Shown: piece after piece, positions 47,166 through 56,897 of the stretch | Layout of the letters: every line of letters starts with the position of its first letter | Numbering within the stretch: position 1 is the first letter of the stretch | Source: a virus | IMG/VR virus record: IMGVR_UViG_3300018876_000008 | Location: 105,338-169,337 of that record | DNA length: 64,000 nucleotides | Reading direction: 5' to 3' (one strand) | Made by a program: the position numbers and the translations under genes | Notes under the pieces: generated by a model | Databases searched by the model: none | What the model saw: the letters and a program-made list of their open reading frames with translations, nothing else | Told to the model about the DNA's origin: nothing

Positions 47166-49070
47166 ATGAAATTTAGTACAATATTAAACGAAGGTAAAAA
47201 GGAAAATCTTATTTCTAAGTATGGTGATGAGCCAATATTCAAAGATAATGATTTTATTTCAACTATAGTTGATAGTGACCCATCTAGTACTAAGAAGTAT
47301 TCTGAATGGACCATTAAACAAGTAATTGATTTCATGAAAGTTAATGATGGGGCATCACTTCCAGATGTCGTTATCCAAATTACCGATTTAATTAAGAATT
47401 TTCACGACTTATCACTAACGATTACTGATGAGGATATTGATTTTGCCAAAAAATTACACTCAAGTATTAATGACACATATATAAAGGGAGCGCCTAAAGA
47501 TATACACAGATATAAATCATATTGGGAACTACAAACAGTCTTATCTGCACTTGAAAAAAAGAAAAAAGATAGAGAACAAGAAAAAGAAGCTTTAAAAGAT
47601 GTGGATAAACTTTATGAGGACAGTAGATTTTTAGTGGTGAGACCTTATAGTCATGATGCTTCGTGTTATTACGGTTCAAATACTAAATGGTGTACCGCAT
47701 CTAAAAATAATCGAGGATATTTTAATCGTTATGTAGATTCGGGAATATTAATTTATGTAATTGATAAAAAGTCCAATGATGAAACTTTAGGTAAAATGGC
47801 CATCAATATTAATGAAAATGGTAATATTTGGATTTACGACCAAAAAGATAATCAAAGGAGTGAAGACTTTTTACTTGATAGATTTGAACCTATTTCTGAG
47901 GTGATTAAAAAAATACTCAAAGGTGACACCGATTATGAGAAATTAATTAGAATAAAAGAAGGTAAAATAAGGGCTTCACAACAAAAACTTACTGCCCCGT
48001 ATTTTGAAGATATGAATGAAAATGATATTTTTTTACGTTTTGATGATGTGAGAGAATATCTTTCATTAATGAATGAGGCTTTAGAAGATTATGAAATAGA
48101 TGCTTATGCGAACGGTATTGAGTTACCTTATGGTATGGACAATTATTACTACGATTCATACAATTTTGATGAGGATTTGAAAGAAGGATACCCTCTTTAT
48201 AAATTAAATTCAGACCAGTTAAAAATTCTTAAAGATATATTAACTATTATTTCCCCTGACAAACTAAAAGGATTATTTAAAACTACCCCTAATGTATCTA
48301 GAGAGAAATTAAATAAATTTAAATCTATGGATAAGGGGTCACAAGATTATTTTGATTTATACAACTTATCAATTGTTGACAATAATAATTTACTCCCTGA
48401 TATTGGTAAGTTTTTATTAGGATTTGACGATAAATTTATAGAAGATTTTGGATATGCCTATGGGACTGCCGAAGATGAGTCAATGAAAAAAGGTGTTCAA
48501 GACGTATTAGAGGATGAATTGTGTAACTTCTATGAACCAATAGGGTTTGAATTAGTAGGTTCCGATTGTTTTTATAAGTATTCAGTATCAGTAGATAAGG
48601 TTATCAGTATGTATGAATCAAATATAGAATACTCAAAAAATTTATCTTTAAAAGAATTATTTGAATGGTTTGCCGAAGAAAACTTAGCATGGAGTCTTGA
48701 TGAACCTCATAATATGGCCTATGAGAATGCAGACGAAGAAACGTTTAATTACTATTTTAATTCAGATATGGAAAGTGCTTTGGAATCGTTACTTGAAAAA
48801 ATAGAAAGTGACGAAACATATGAAGATATTGAAGAATATAATAAAATAGTAAAATTAATTAGTAATAAGTACGGGTTTGATAAAAAAGTTGATATTCCAA
48901 CTACAGACGGTACTCAAATTACAATACAAAAAGTAAATCCACTAAATAATAAAGTTGAGTTTATGTTAAATAAAAAAGGTGATTGGAGAGGTAAAAAGGG
49001 TATAGCTAAACTATCCACAATCGAAAAAATGTTTACAAACTACCAACTATTTGACCCGTTCGAAGATTAA
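47166..49070 (+). CDS. conserved jumbo-phage protein (PcfJ-like WC motif)
   Basis: MKFSTILNE leader; ASCYYGSNTKWCTAS...YF..Y. Confidence 0.6.
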   Translation: MKFSTILNEGKKENLISKYGDEPIFKDNDFISTIVDSDPSSTKKYSEWTIKQVIDFMKVNDGASLPDVVIQITDLIKNFHDLSLTITDEDIDFAKKLHSSINDTYIKGAPKDIHRYKSYWELQTVLSALEKKKKDREQEKEALKDVDKLYEDSRFLVVRPYSHDASCYYGSNTKWCTASKNNRGYFNRYVDSGILIYVIDKKSNDETLGKMAININENGNIWIYDQKDNQRSEDFLLDRFEPISEVIKKILKGDTDYEKLIRIKEGKIRASQQKLTAPYFEDMNENDIFLRFDDVREYLSLMNEALEDYEIDAYANGIELPYGMDNYYYDSYNFDEDLKEGYPLYKLNSDQLKILKDILTIISPDKLKGLFKTTPNVSREKLNKFKSMDKGSQDYFDLYNLSIVDNNNLLPDIGKFLLGFDDKFIEDFGYAYGTAEDESMKKGVQDVLEDELCNFYEPIGFELVGSDCFYKYSVSVDKVISMYESNIEYSKNLSLKELFEWFAEENLAWSLDEPHNMAYENADEETFNYYFNSDMESALESLLEKIESDETYEDIEEYNKIVKLISNKYGFDKKVDIPTTDGTQITIQKVNPLNNKVEFMLNKKGDWRGKKGIAKLSTIEKMFTNYQLFDPFED

Positions 49071-50167
49071 TAAAAATAATCGTTTGATTCAGTCATACCT
49101 GAAAGTAATTTCTCTCTCAGTATTTCATACAACTCCCCAATCTCACTTTCATCCATGTAAACTACATCACCTGTAAATTTAGATTCAATGGAGATACCTT
49201 CTTTAGTATCAGTAACAATTACATTTTCCAATTCGTAACTTTCCTCATCGTAATCAATATCATCTACATCAGATTCCCAACCATCTAAAGTGTCATCAGT
49301 AACATCGAATAATGTACCATAATTGTTCCAATTAGGTTTTACATAATCATATACGTACTTTTGATTACCTAACTCATCTACCAATTTAATAGAAAACTCA
49401 ATAGCCTTAGATACGTCATCCACAACTACAAATTCATTAGCGGTATGCATGTTATAATATCCACATGAAAAATTAATACAACTAAAATCACCCTTACGTT
49501 TAATTTGAGAAACGTCAGTGTAAGGATGAGACTGAGGGTCGGCATTTACACCCATAATTTCATTAAATAGTGGAAGTGTTTTATTAATGAACTCACCACC
49601 TTTTTCATATAGTCTTGTCCCTGAACAAACTTCAGTAATTAAATTATTGCCAGGAGCATCGAATTGTACTGCATAACCCACATCGTTCAAGAAGTTGATG
49701 TCACATTTACTTGAACCATGACACCCTGTTTCTTCAGATACAAATAACCCTACTTTTACTTTAGAAAGGGTCCTGAGAAGTTCAAGTGCAATAAAGACAC
49801 CACACTTATCATCACCACCAATACCAGTTGGAATACCATCAGGTGTATAACCTTTAAGGGATAGAAATTCTTCATCTCCATAGGTATGACCAAAAGTATT
49901 TGGTTTAACAAGTGATTCTTCTTGAACGATTATTTTATCGACCAGTTGATGTACTGTGTCGGTATGGGCAATAAACATTGGATAATACTCTCCTTCGTCT
50001 AATGTACCTTTAGTGGCGTAAACATTATCCATTTCATCCGTATAATACTCAACATCGGGCATTGCCTCCAATACGTCGCGTAGGTATTGTACCATATTAT
50101 CTTCTTGATATGTTTTGGTTGGTACCGACAGTACTTCTTTTAGTCTATTGAGTTGTGTATTATCCAT
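49067..50167 (-). CDS. M20/M28-family metallopeptidase
   Basis: AHTDTV, GGDDKCG, SEETG, GYYNMHT..E. Confidence 0.85.
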   Translation of the reverse strand: MDNTQLNRLKEVLSVPTKTYQEDNMVQYLRDVLEAMPDVEYYTDEMDNVYATKGTLDEGEYYPMFIAHTDTVHQLVDKIIVQEESLVKPNTFGHTYGDEEFLSLKGYTPDGIPTGIGGDDKCGVFIALELLRTLSKVKVGLFVSEETGCHGSSKCDINFLNDVGYAVQFDAPGNNLITEVCSGTRLYEKGGEFINKTLPLFNEIMGVNADPQSHPYTDVSQIKRKGDFSCINFSCGYYNMHTANEFVVVDDVSKAIEFSIKLVDELGNQKYVYDYVKPNWNNYGTLFDVTDDTLDGWESDVDDIDYDEESYELENVIVTDTKEGISIESKFTGDVVYMDESEIGELYEILREKLLSGMTESNDYFY

Positions 50168-50229
50168 TTGTTTATTATTTAGAATACAAATATACTACTT
50201 TTTTTTAGAATAAAGAAAAAAAGGGAAAA

Positions 50230-52251
50230 TTAATTTCCCTTTTTAATGATTAATTCTTCATCGTTTTTCATTTCTACAGTAAAAGGTTTGTTTACTACAA
50301 TAGTACCTCTAAGAACTTCTTCAGAAATTAAATCTTCAATTTTTTCCTGTATTGCTCTTTTAATAGGTCTCGCCCCGTACTTTTCATCAAATCCAACTTT
50401 AGAAATAAATTCTTTAACTGAATCACTAAAATTAATATTATATTCCATTTCTTCTAAACGATTAGTTAATTTAAGTAATTCAATATCCACAATCTCAGAA
50501 ACTTCTTTTTCTTTTAGAGGGTTAAATACAACAACCTCATCTACACGATTTAAGAATTCAGGGGTAAAATGATTCTTTAATTCTTTTTGAAGTAACGCCT
50601 TTTTCATCTCTTCATTATTTGACATTCTATTAGAAGTCTCAAAACCAACACCTGTACCAAAATCTTGAAGTTTCTTAACCCCTAAATTAGATGTCATAAT
50701 AATCAAACAGTTCTTAAAATTAATTTTACGACCAAAACTATCGGTTAAGTGTCCATCATCCATCATTTGAAGTAATAATGAAAAAATATCTTTGTTAGCC
50801 TTCTCAATTTCATCGAACAAAACAACAGAATAAGGTTTGTTCTTAACCGCTTCAGTTAATTGACCTCCTTGGTCGTGACCAACATATCCTGGAGGAGAAC
50901 CAATTAATCTTGACATAGTGTACTTCTCTTGATATTCTGACATATCTACTCTAATTAAAGCGTCTTCAGCCCCAAATATCTCTTTTGCCAATTGTTTAGC
51001 TAAATGGGTTTTACCGATACCTGTAGAACCTAAGAATATAAAAGAACCGATAGGTCGATTAGGGTCTTTAATCCCAACTCTATTTCTACGAATAGCTTTA
51101 GAGATTTTTTCTACTGCAACTTTTTGACCGATTACAGAGCTATTAAGATTACCTTCTAAATTAAGTAGGGATTCTTTATCGTCAGAATTAAGTCTTGTAA
51201 CAGGTATTTTAGTCATAGTTGAAACAACCTCAAATACCATATCTTCAGTAATTGGTTTACGTTTTTGGTCTTTAGATAACTCAAACTTTTCTTTTTCATT
51301 ATCTAATTTTTTTAAGATTTTCTTCTCTTTATCACGTAATTCTGCTGCCTTTTCGTACTGCTGAGATTTTACTACTTCAATTTTTTCTTCTTTAATTTTA
51401 ACCGCATCTTCCTTTAACTTTTCAATTATTTCAGGAAGTTTGACGTTGATTTGAGCGCGGGCACCAACCTCATCCATAATATCGATAGCCTTATCAGGAA
51501 ATTCACGGTCAGTAATATATCTATCAGCAAGTGTTACACATGCTTTAAGTGAATTTTCACTATAAGTTACTTTATGATGTGATTCATAACGAGACTTTAA
51601 ATTTTCAAGAATGATTAAGGTTTCTGATGGAGTGGCACCATCAACAACAACTTTTTGGAACCTACGTTCAAGTGCACCATCTTTTTCTATGTTTTCACGG
51701 TATTCGTCAAGTGTTGTAGCTCCAATACATTGTAGTTCACCTCTTGCTAGTGCGGGTTTAAAAATATTAGAAGCGTCTAATGAACCTGAAGAATTACCTG
51801 CACCTATAATTGTGTGTATCTCATCAATAAAGACGATAATATCAGGATTCTCATAAAGTTCATCTAAAATAACTTTTAATCTTTCCTCAAATTGACCTCT
51901 ATATTTTGTACCTGCAACGATTGATGTCATATCCAAAGAGACGATACGTTTATCACATAAATTTTGGGGACAATCACCTTCGAAGATTTTCATTGCCAAT
52001 CCCTCTACAATTGCAGTTTTACCTGCACCTGGCTCACCTATAATAATTGGGTTATTCTTCTTTCTACGAGAAAGAATTTGAGCGATTCTATTAATTTCAT
52101 TTTCACGACCAACAACAGGGTCAAGTTTACCTTGTTCCGCATGTCTAATAAGGTCACGAGAAAAATTGTCTAAAACAGGTGTTTTAGAGTTACTCATTTC
52201 TTTAGGAGCTCTTCCTCCATCTTTTTCATTAGGGTCTAATGGTTCTATCAT
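50230..52251 (-). CDS. clpC: ClpC-like AAA+ unfoldase lacking the N-terminal Clp repeat domain
   Basis: Two NBDs (GEPGAGKT/IDEIH; GSTGIGKT/FDEIEK), UVR middle domain YEKAAELRD, VGF ClpP-docking loop. Confidence 0.9.
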   Translation of the reverse strand: MIEPLDPNEKDGGRAPKEMSNSKTPVLDNFSRDLIRHAEQGKLDPVVGRENEINRIAQILSRRKKNNPIIIGEPGAGKTAIVEGLAMKIFEGDCPQNLCDKRIVSLDMTSIVAGTKYRGQFEERLKVILDELYENPDIIVFIDEIHTIIGAGNSSGSLDASNIFKPALARGELQCIGATTLDEYRENIEKDGALERRFQKVVVDGATPSETLIILENLKSRYESHHKVTYSENSLKACVTLADRYITDREFPDKAIDIMDEVGARAQINVKLPEIIEKLKEDAVKIKEEKIEVVKSQQYEKAAELRDKEKKILKKLDNEKEKFELSKDQKRKPITEDMVFEVVSTMTKIPVTRLNSDDKESLLNLEGNLNSSVIGQKVAVEKISKAIRRNRVGIKDPNRPIGSFIFLGSTGIGKTHLAKQLAKEIFGAEDALIRVDMSEYQEKYTMSRLIGSPPGYVGHDQGGQLTEAVKNKPYSVVLFDEIEKANKDIFSLLLQMMDDGHLTDSFGRKINFKNCLIIMTSNLGVKKLQDFGTGVGFETSNRMSNNEEMKKALLQKELKNHFTPEFLNRVDEVVVFNPLKEKEVSEIVDIELLKLTNRLEEMEYNINFSDSVKEFISKVGFDEKYGARPIKRAIQEKIEDLISEEVLRGTIVVNKPFTVEMKNDEELIIKKGN

Positions 52252-52310
52252 ATTCTTTTAATTAATTTATAGTTACAAAGATAACAAAAATTATGTAGTT
52301 ATCAACTACT

Positions 52311-52410
52311 TGACATTTTGTCATACTAATTTTATTTTAAGTGTCATAATGTCATACTATAGGTTTTATAACCGTAATAAAGACAGTATTTAATTGATGG
52401 CACATTTTTC
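52311..52410. promoter_or_regulatory. TGACA-N3-TGTCA operator-like sites and TGGCAC element
   Basis: Palindrome at 52311-52323, imperfect copy at 52342-52354, TGGCAC at 52398. Confidence 0.45.
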
Positions 52411-52460
52411 GTCAATGGTTAAGTACAAAGATAAACAATAAATTTTAAAAAAGTAATAAT

Positions 52461-52832
52461 ATGTTTGGAAAAAGAAAATTTAACAACTTGTTCGGTGAAT
52501 TTGATTCTATGTTTAATGAATTCGATTCTTTATTTAATAATATGAAACCAACCTATTATAGAGTAGGTCCTAATGGTTACGTTTTATATTATGGTTCTGA
52601 AACCGATAAAAATACCACTGATGAAATAACAACACTTAAAGATGAGTTAGAGATTTGTGTTGAAAATCAAGACTTTGAAAAAGCTGTTGAACTTAGGGAT
52701 AAAATTAAATCCTTAGAGGAGAACGGTGAAAAAATAAATAAACTTAGAAAGGATTTAAAAAAATCTATCGATGAACAGAATTTTGAAGAATCTATTAAAT
52801 TAAGAGATAAACTAAATAAGTTGACAAAGTAA
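52461..52832 (+). CDS. tandem UVR-domain protein (putative ClpC adaptor)
   Basis: QDFEKAVELRDKI and QNFEESIKLRDKL. Confidence 0.75.
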   Translation: MFGKRKFNNLFGEFDSMFNEFDSLFNNMKPTYYRVGPNGYVLYYGSETDKNTTDEITTLKDELEICVENQDFEKAVELRDKIKSLEENGEKINKLRKDLKKSIDEQNFEESIKLRDKLNKLTK

Positions 52833-52836
52833 TTTT

Positions 52837-52862
52837 AAACCCTCCCATACGGAGGGTTTTTT
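52837..52862 (+). terminator. intrinsic terminator
   Basis: AAACCCTCC-CATAC-GGAGGGTTTTTT. Confidence 0.85.
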
Positions 52863-52900
52863 ATTTATTAAACTTTTATATACTTATAAAAAAATGTATT

Positions 52901-53149
52901 ATGGGAATTAAAAGTGAAAAAATAAAAGGTAAACTCATTATAAATGAGATTGAGTCATCTAACTTAAAAAAGACAGTATATGATACTGGTAATGAAAAGT
53001 TAGTAGTAACATTTAACAACGGTATGGAGTATGAATATGAAAAAGTTCCACACTCAATGTACACTAAATTTAGAATGGCGGAATCGCAAGGTAGTTTCTT
53101 TAATAAAGAGATAGGGAGGAAATACAAATACAAAAAAATCACAAAGTAA
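52901..53149 (+). CDS. KTSC-domain protein
   Basis: ESSNL...YD....L.V.FNNG..YEY..VP......AESQGSFFN..I. Confidence 0.9.
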   Translation: MGIKSEKIKGKLIINEIESSNLKKTVYDTGNEKLVVTFNNGMEYEYEKVPHSMYTKFRMAESQGSFFNKEIGRKYKYKKITK

Positions 53150-53171
53150 AAAACTTAACTATTTATTATTG

Positions 53172-53924
53172 ATGGAAACATTTAATAACATTATTTCTAG
53201 CTTCGATGTTAAGGACGAATTAAATCCCGTTATATGGGATAACCCTGATGACCCTTCAAGTGCCGTAATGAAAGAGGATATAAGATTACAACTAATTGAG
53301 ATTGCAAATAAATTCATAGATTTTTTAGGTTACGATATCTTTGTACAAGATATTACAATGACGGGTTCTTTGTCTAATTACAATTGGTCTAAATTTTCTG
53401 ATATCGATTTACATGTAATGTATGACTTTAATGAATCAGGAGATGAAAAAGAGTTATACCAAGATTTATTTAAATTAAAAAAGACTTTATTTAATTCTAC
53501 ACACGATATTACTGTCAAAGGATATGAGGTGGAATTATATGTTCAAGACACTAATGAACCACACATATCTACAGGCGTATATTCAGTTTTATTTAATGAA
53601 TGGTTAGTTGAACCATCAAAAGAAGAAGTTACTATTGACCAAAAAATAATCAAAGATAAAGTGGAACAATGGCAAGATATAATCGATATAGTCATTGAGG
53701 ATATTGAAAGTGGTGATGAAGAATTAGAAATAGGTTTAGAGAAAATTAGTAAAGTAAAAGATAAATTAAAAAAATATCGAGGTTGTGGATTAGAAAGGGA
53801 AGGTGAATATTCTTATGAAAATTTAGTATTTAAATTTTTAAGAAGAAATGGATACATACAAAAACTTTTTGATTTTCAAAATAATTTAATTGATAACCGT
53901 CTTTCTTTAGCCGAACAAAAATAA
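53172..53924 (+). CDS. Pol-beta superfamily nucleotidyltransferase
   Basis: TGSLSNYNWSKFSDIDLH...VELYVQD. Confidence 0.75.
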   Translation: METFNNIISSFDVKDELNPVIWDNPDDPSSAVMKEDIRLQLIEIANKFIDFLGYDIFVQDITMTGSLSNYNWSKFSDIDLHVMYDFNESGDEKELYQDLFKLKKTLFNSTHDITVKGYEVELYVQDTNEPHISTGVYSVLFNEWLVEPSKEEVTIDQKIIKDKVEQWQDIIDIVIEDIESGDEELEIGLEKISKVKDKLKKYRGCGLEREGEYSYENLVFKFLRRNGYIQKLFDFQNNLIDNRLSLAEQK

Positions 53925-53997
53925 ACTATAATTATATCGTAAGATAAGAAAAAGTGGAAATTCTTAACTTATCGTATATTTATTATAAAAAACTATT

Positions 53998-54153
53998 ATG
54001 GCGCAAACTGGATGTACATCGACACAATACGTAATTCCTGTGTCAGGAACTACAGGATTTACACCGTATCATGCTGTTTATACAGGTGATAACGGAAAGG
54101 ATAAAGTACAATGTACTACTGTAAGACTTGGTGGTAATGGTTTATATAGTTAA
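53998..54153 (+). CDS. small hypothetical protein (51 aa, not in track)
   Basis: MAQTGCTSTQY...PYHAVYT...VRLGGNGLYS*; late motif at 53977. Confidence 0.65.
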   Translation: MAQTGCTSTQYVIPVSGTTGFTPYHAVYTGDNGKDKVQCTTVRLGGNGLYS

Positions 54154-54182
54154 AACTAAAAAAATATTAAAAATATAGAGAT

Positions 54183-55397
54183 ATGGCAGATTTAAAACCT
54201 CTAGGTAGTGAAAAATTAGAAGGTCAAGAAAAAATTAGTAGAATTCTTGAGATAGCTAATTATGGTTCCAAACCATCTACCGTGAATGAAAGTAAAAACT
54301 CCGCAGCCGAATATTCAATTCAATTGGCGGATGGAAATTATTATGGGATTGTAAAAGAAAAATTAGGATACATCGTTAAAAAAGGAATTAACGAATCAGA
54401 ACTTGATTATATCGAACCAATGCAAAACCGTAAATATCATAAATCTTTTTCACAAGCAATGAAAAAAGTTAATTTAACCGCAGGTGAATTAAATAGATTA
54501 CATGAAAATGAAGAAGGGTTAAACCTAATAGGTGAACAAAAAAAGTTTGTTTTAAAAACACCTAAACCTGAAGTTGAGGTTGATGTTGAAGAACCTGTAG
54601 TTGAACCTGAATTAGATATGGATGTTGATGCTGATTTAGACCTTGATTTAGACGCTGATGAACCTGAAATGGATGGTGATTTAGATTTAGACTTAGATAT
54701 GGATGTAGATACACCTGAAGGTGAAGAAGAAGTTGATGTTGAAGTTGAAGATGAGGAAGGTTCATTTAAAATGATTCAAAAATTAACAGGTAAATTAGGT
54801 CAAAAACTAAGAACTTTTGACAAAAATCAAGGATTATCTTCTGAAGATATAAAGTATGTTTTAAATTCAATAATATCTGCCGTTGATTTAAACAAACTAT
54901 CAGAAGAAGATAAAGAAGATATATTAGATAACTTTGAAGAAGAAGAAGTCGAATATGACGTTGAAGGTGAAGTTGATATTGATATTGATGCAGGTGAAGA
55001 TGAATTAGACTTAGACTTAGATTTAGACATGGAAGAAGAACCAATGGGTGATGAAGAATTATCTGAAGAAGATAATATGTCAGCTATTGTTGATGAAATG
55101 TTTGGAGAGTCTAAAGTAGATAAAGTTTTAGAAAAGTATTTTGTAATTACAGAAGACGAGAAAAAAATAACTGAATCTAAAAAAGTTAAAAAGTTTTTAT
55201 TTGAAAAAATAAAAAACGTTTCAGTAAAAAAAGAAATAAAAAGACTATCAGAAACTGTAGAACAAGAATTAACTTCTGAGTTTTTAGTTAAGGAAAATGA
55301 TAATATTAAATTTTTAGGTAAAACTAATAAAGGAAATTTAGTATTTGAGGCTGATGGTAAACAACTTAAAGTATCTTCTAAAGGTGAGTTACTATGA
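54183..55397 (+). CDS. highly acidic putative head/scaffold-associated protein
   Basis: DLDLD/E-rich tracts; many L/V/I-x-E sites; lies upstream of terminase. Confidence 0.6.
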   Translation: MADLKPLGSEKLEGQEKISRILEIANYGSKPSTVNESKNSAAEYSIQLADGNYYGIVKEKLGYIVKKGINESELDYIEPMQNRKYHKSFSQAMKKVNLTAGELNRLHENEEGLNLIGEQKKFVLKTPKPEVEVDVEEPVVEPELDMDVDADLDLDLDADEPEMDGDLDLDLDMDVDTPEGEEEVDVEVEDEEGSFKMIQKLTGKLGQKLRTFDKNQGLSSEDIKYVLNSIISAVDLNKLSEEDKEDILDNFEEEEVEYDVEGEVDIDIDAGEDELDLDLDLDMEEEPMGDEELSEEDNMSAIVDEMFGESKVDKVLEKYFVITEDEKKITESKKVKKFLFEKIKNVSVKKEIKRLSETVEQELTSEFLVKENDNIKFLGKTNKGNLVFEADGKQLKVSSKGELL

Positions 55398-55804
55398 AGT
55401 TAGTTTATGTAAATGAACTAGGTCCCAACTATAAAGGGGATAATATATACGAATTCATCTTTTCAGATGTAGACGAAGTATGGGGTGATGAATGGGATGC
55501 TCAACCAGCTAATGGTAACCCTTCACCACCCCAAATTCATTTTATAAAGAAAGTGGGAGTATTAAGAAATGTGGATATAGATTTACACTTAATTCAAAAT
55601 TCTGACTTTTTTGGTGTGTATGATTCTATTGATGGAGTAATTGCGTTAGCATGGGAGGATGAAGACAGTGATTTTATACTTAACAAAAAATTTAAAAGAT
55701 TAGTTTTCCACTACGGTGACAGTGTTAAATCTGTTGAAGATAAACTTTACGAAAGAGACATTGTATTAAGTTACGAAAAAAGTTTTAGTGAACATGAAGA
55801 ATAA
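55394..55804 (+). CDS. conserved hypothetical protein
   Basis: Coupled ORF; DGVIALAWE motif. Confidence 0.7.
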   Translation: MKLVYVNELGPNYKGDNIYEFIFSDVDEVWGDEWDAQPANGNPSPPQIHFIKKVGVLRNVDIDLHLIQNSDFFGVYDSIDGVIALAWEDEDSDFILNKKFKRLVFHYGDSVKSVEDKLYERDIVLSYEKSFSEHEE

Positions 55805-56897
55805 AGTAAGAATAATGGATTTATTAAAGGAGGGTTTTAAACTTAATACTCTTAAAAAACTAAACTCTAAACAGATTGGTCTATTACATAGTAGATTAAT
55901 TAAAGAGCAAGATGCCGCTTCTGATAAGACAGAAAAAATTAAAAATGATTTACTACAGGCGAATCAATTGGCCGATGAATTAAAGTCAGAGTTAGGTGAA
56001 GAAGAATTAAATGAGTGGGGAAGTTCTGACCAATACTTTTTTAATCAATCAATACACAAACAATTAGGTGAACCTAAAGAAATGCCAAGTCCATTTAATC
56101 GTGAACTCGAAGACGCTGCCGAAAGTGCGGTTGACTTCTATTGGGATGAATGGGAAGAGTATCAAACAGATAGACAGGGATTAATTGACCACGCTAAACG
56201 TGGTTATCTAAGAAGTTACTTTAGGGACCAATTCAATATGTTAGTTAAGATGTTTGAACCTATATCTGATGATGAAGGTGAAATTGATGAAAATATAACA
56301 TCATCTAACGCTTTAGGTGACTTAGCCATGCAAAAACTAACAGGTCAGGAAACACCTCACGATGAGGATGATATGGCACCTGATGGTATGGATGATGATT
56401 CAGACAATAACAGAAAGATGATGAAGAATGAGGTGAAAACTATGAAAATGAAAACACCTATTACAACTTTAGGTATGTTTGAAGAAGATAACGAATATGC
56501 TATTTGTATGGATAGTATTCAAGATAAGTACGGACCTAAAAAGACATGGAATAAAAATGCTGAAAAGAAATTTGATGCGTGTGTTTCACAAGTTGGTAAA
56601 AAAATAAAAGAACGTAAAGAATCTATTAGAAAAATTGAAGAAAGTATCGTATCTTTAATAAAAGATATAAATAAACCTTCTATGAGTAAAAAAGATTTAA
56701 TGGATATTATCGAACAAACACCAGGAACGAAAGAGGCGCCGGTTAAAACACCGACACGTACTCGCCCGAAAAGAAAGACTCCGTATCAACCTAAACATAA
56801 ACCAGCACCTAAAGCCAAGGTCGAGGATAAAGATTTACCTGAATTTCTTAAATTCGATAATCTAAATATTTCATTCAAAGATGAAGAAAAAAATTAA
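55794..56897 (+). CDS. hypothetical modular virion-associated protein
   Basis: Pro/Lys C-terminus PKHKPAPKA; multiple xxE sites. Confidence 0.65.
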   Translation: MKNKVRIMDLLKEGFKLNTLKKLNSKQIGLLHSRLIKEQDAASDKTEKIKNDLLQANQLADELKSELGEEELNEWGSSDQYFFNQSIHKQLGEPKEMPSPFNRELEDAAESAVDFYWDEWEEYQTDRQGLIDHAKRGYLRSYFRDQFNMLVKMFEPISDDEGEIDENITSSNALGDLAMQKLTGQETPHDEDDMAPDGMDDDSDNNRKMMKNEVKTMKMKTPITTLGMFEEDNEYAICMDSIQDKYGPKKTWNKNAEKKFDACVSQVGKKIKERKESIRKIEESIVSLIKDINKPSMSKKDLMDIIEQTPGTKEAPVKTPTRTRPKRKTPYQPKHKPAPKAKVEDKDLPEFLKFDNLNISFKDEEKN

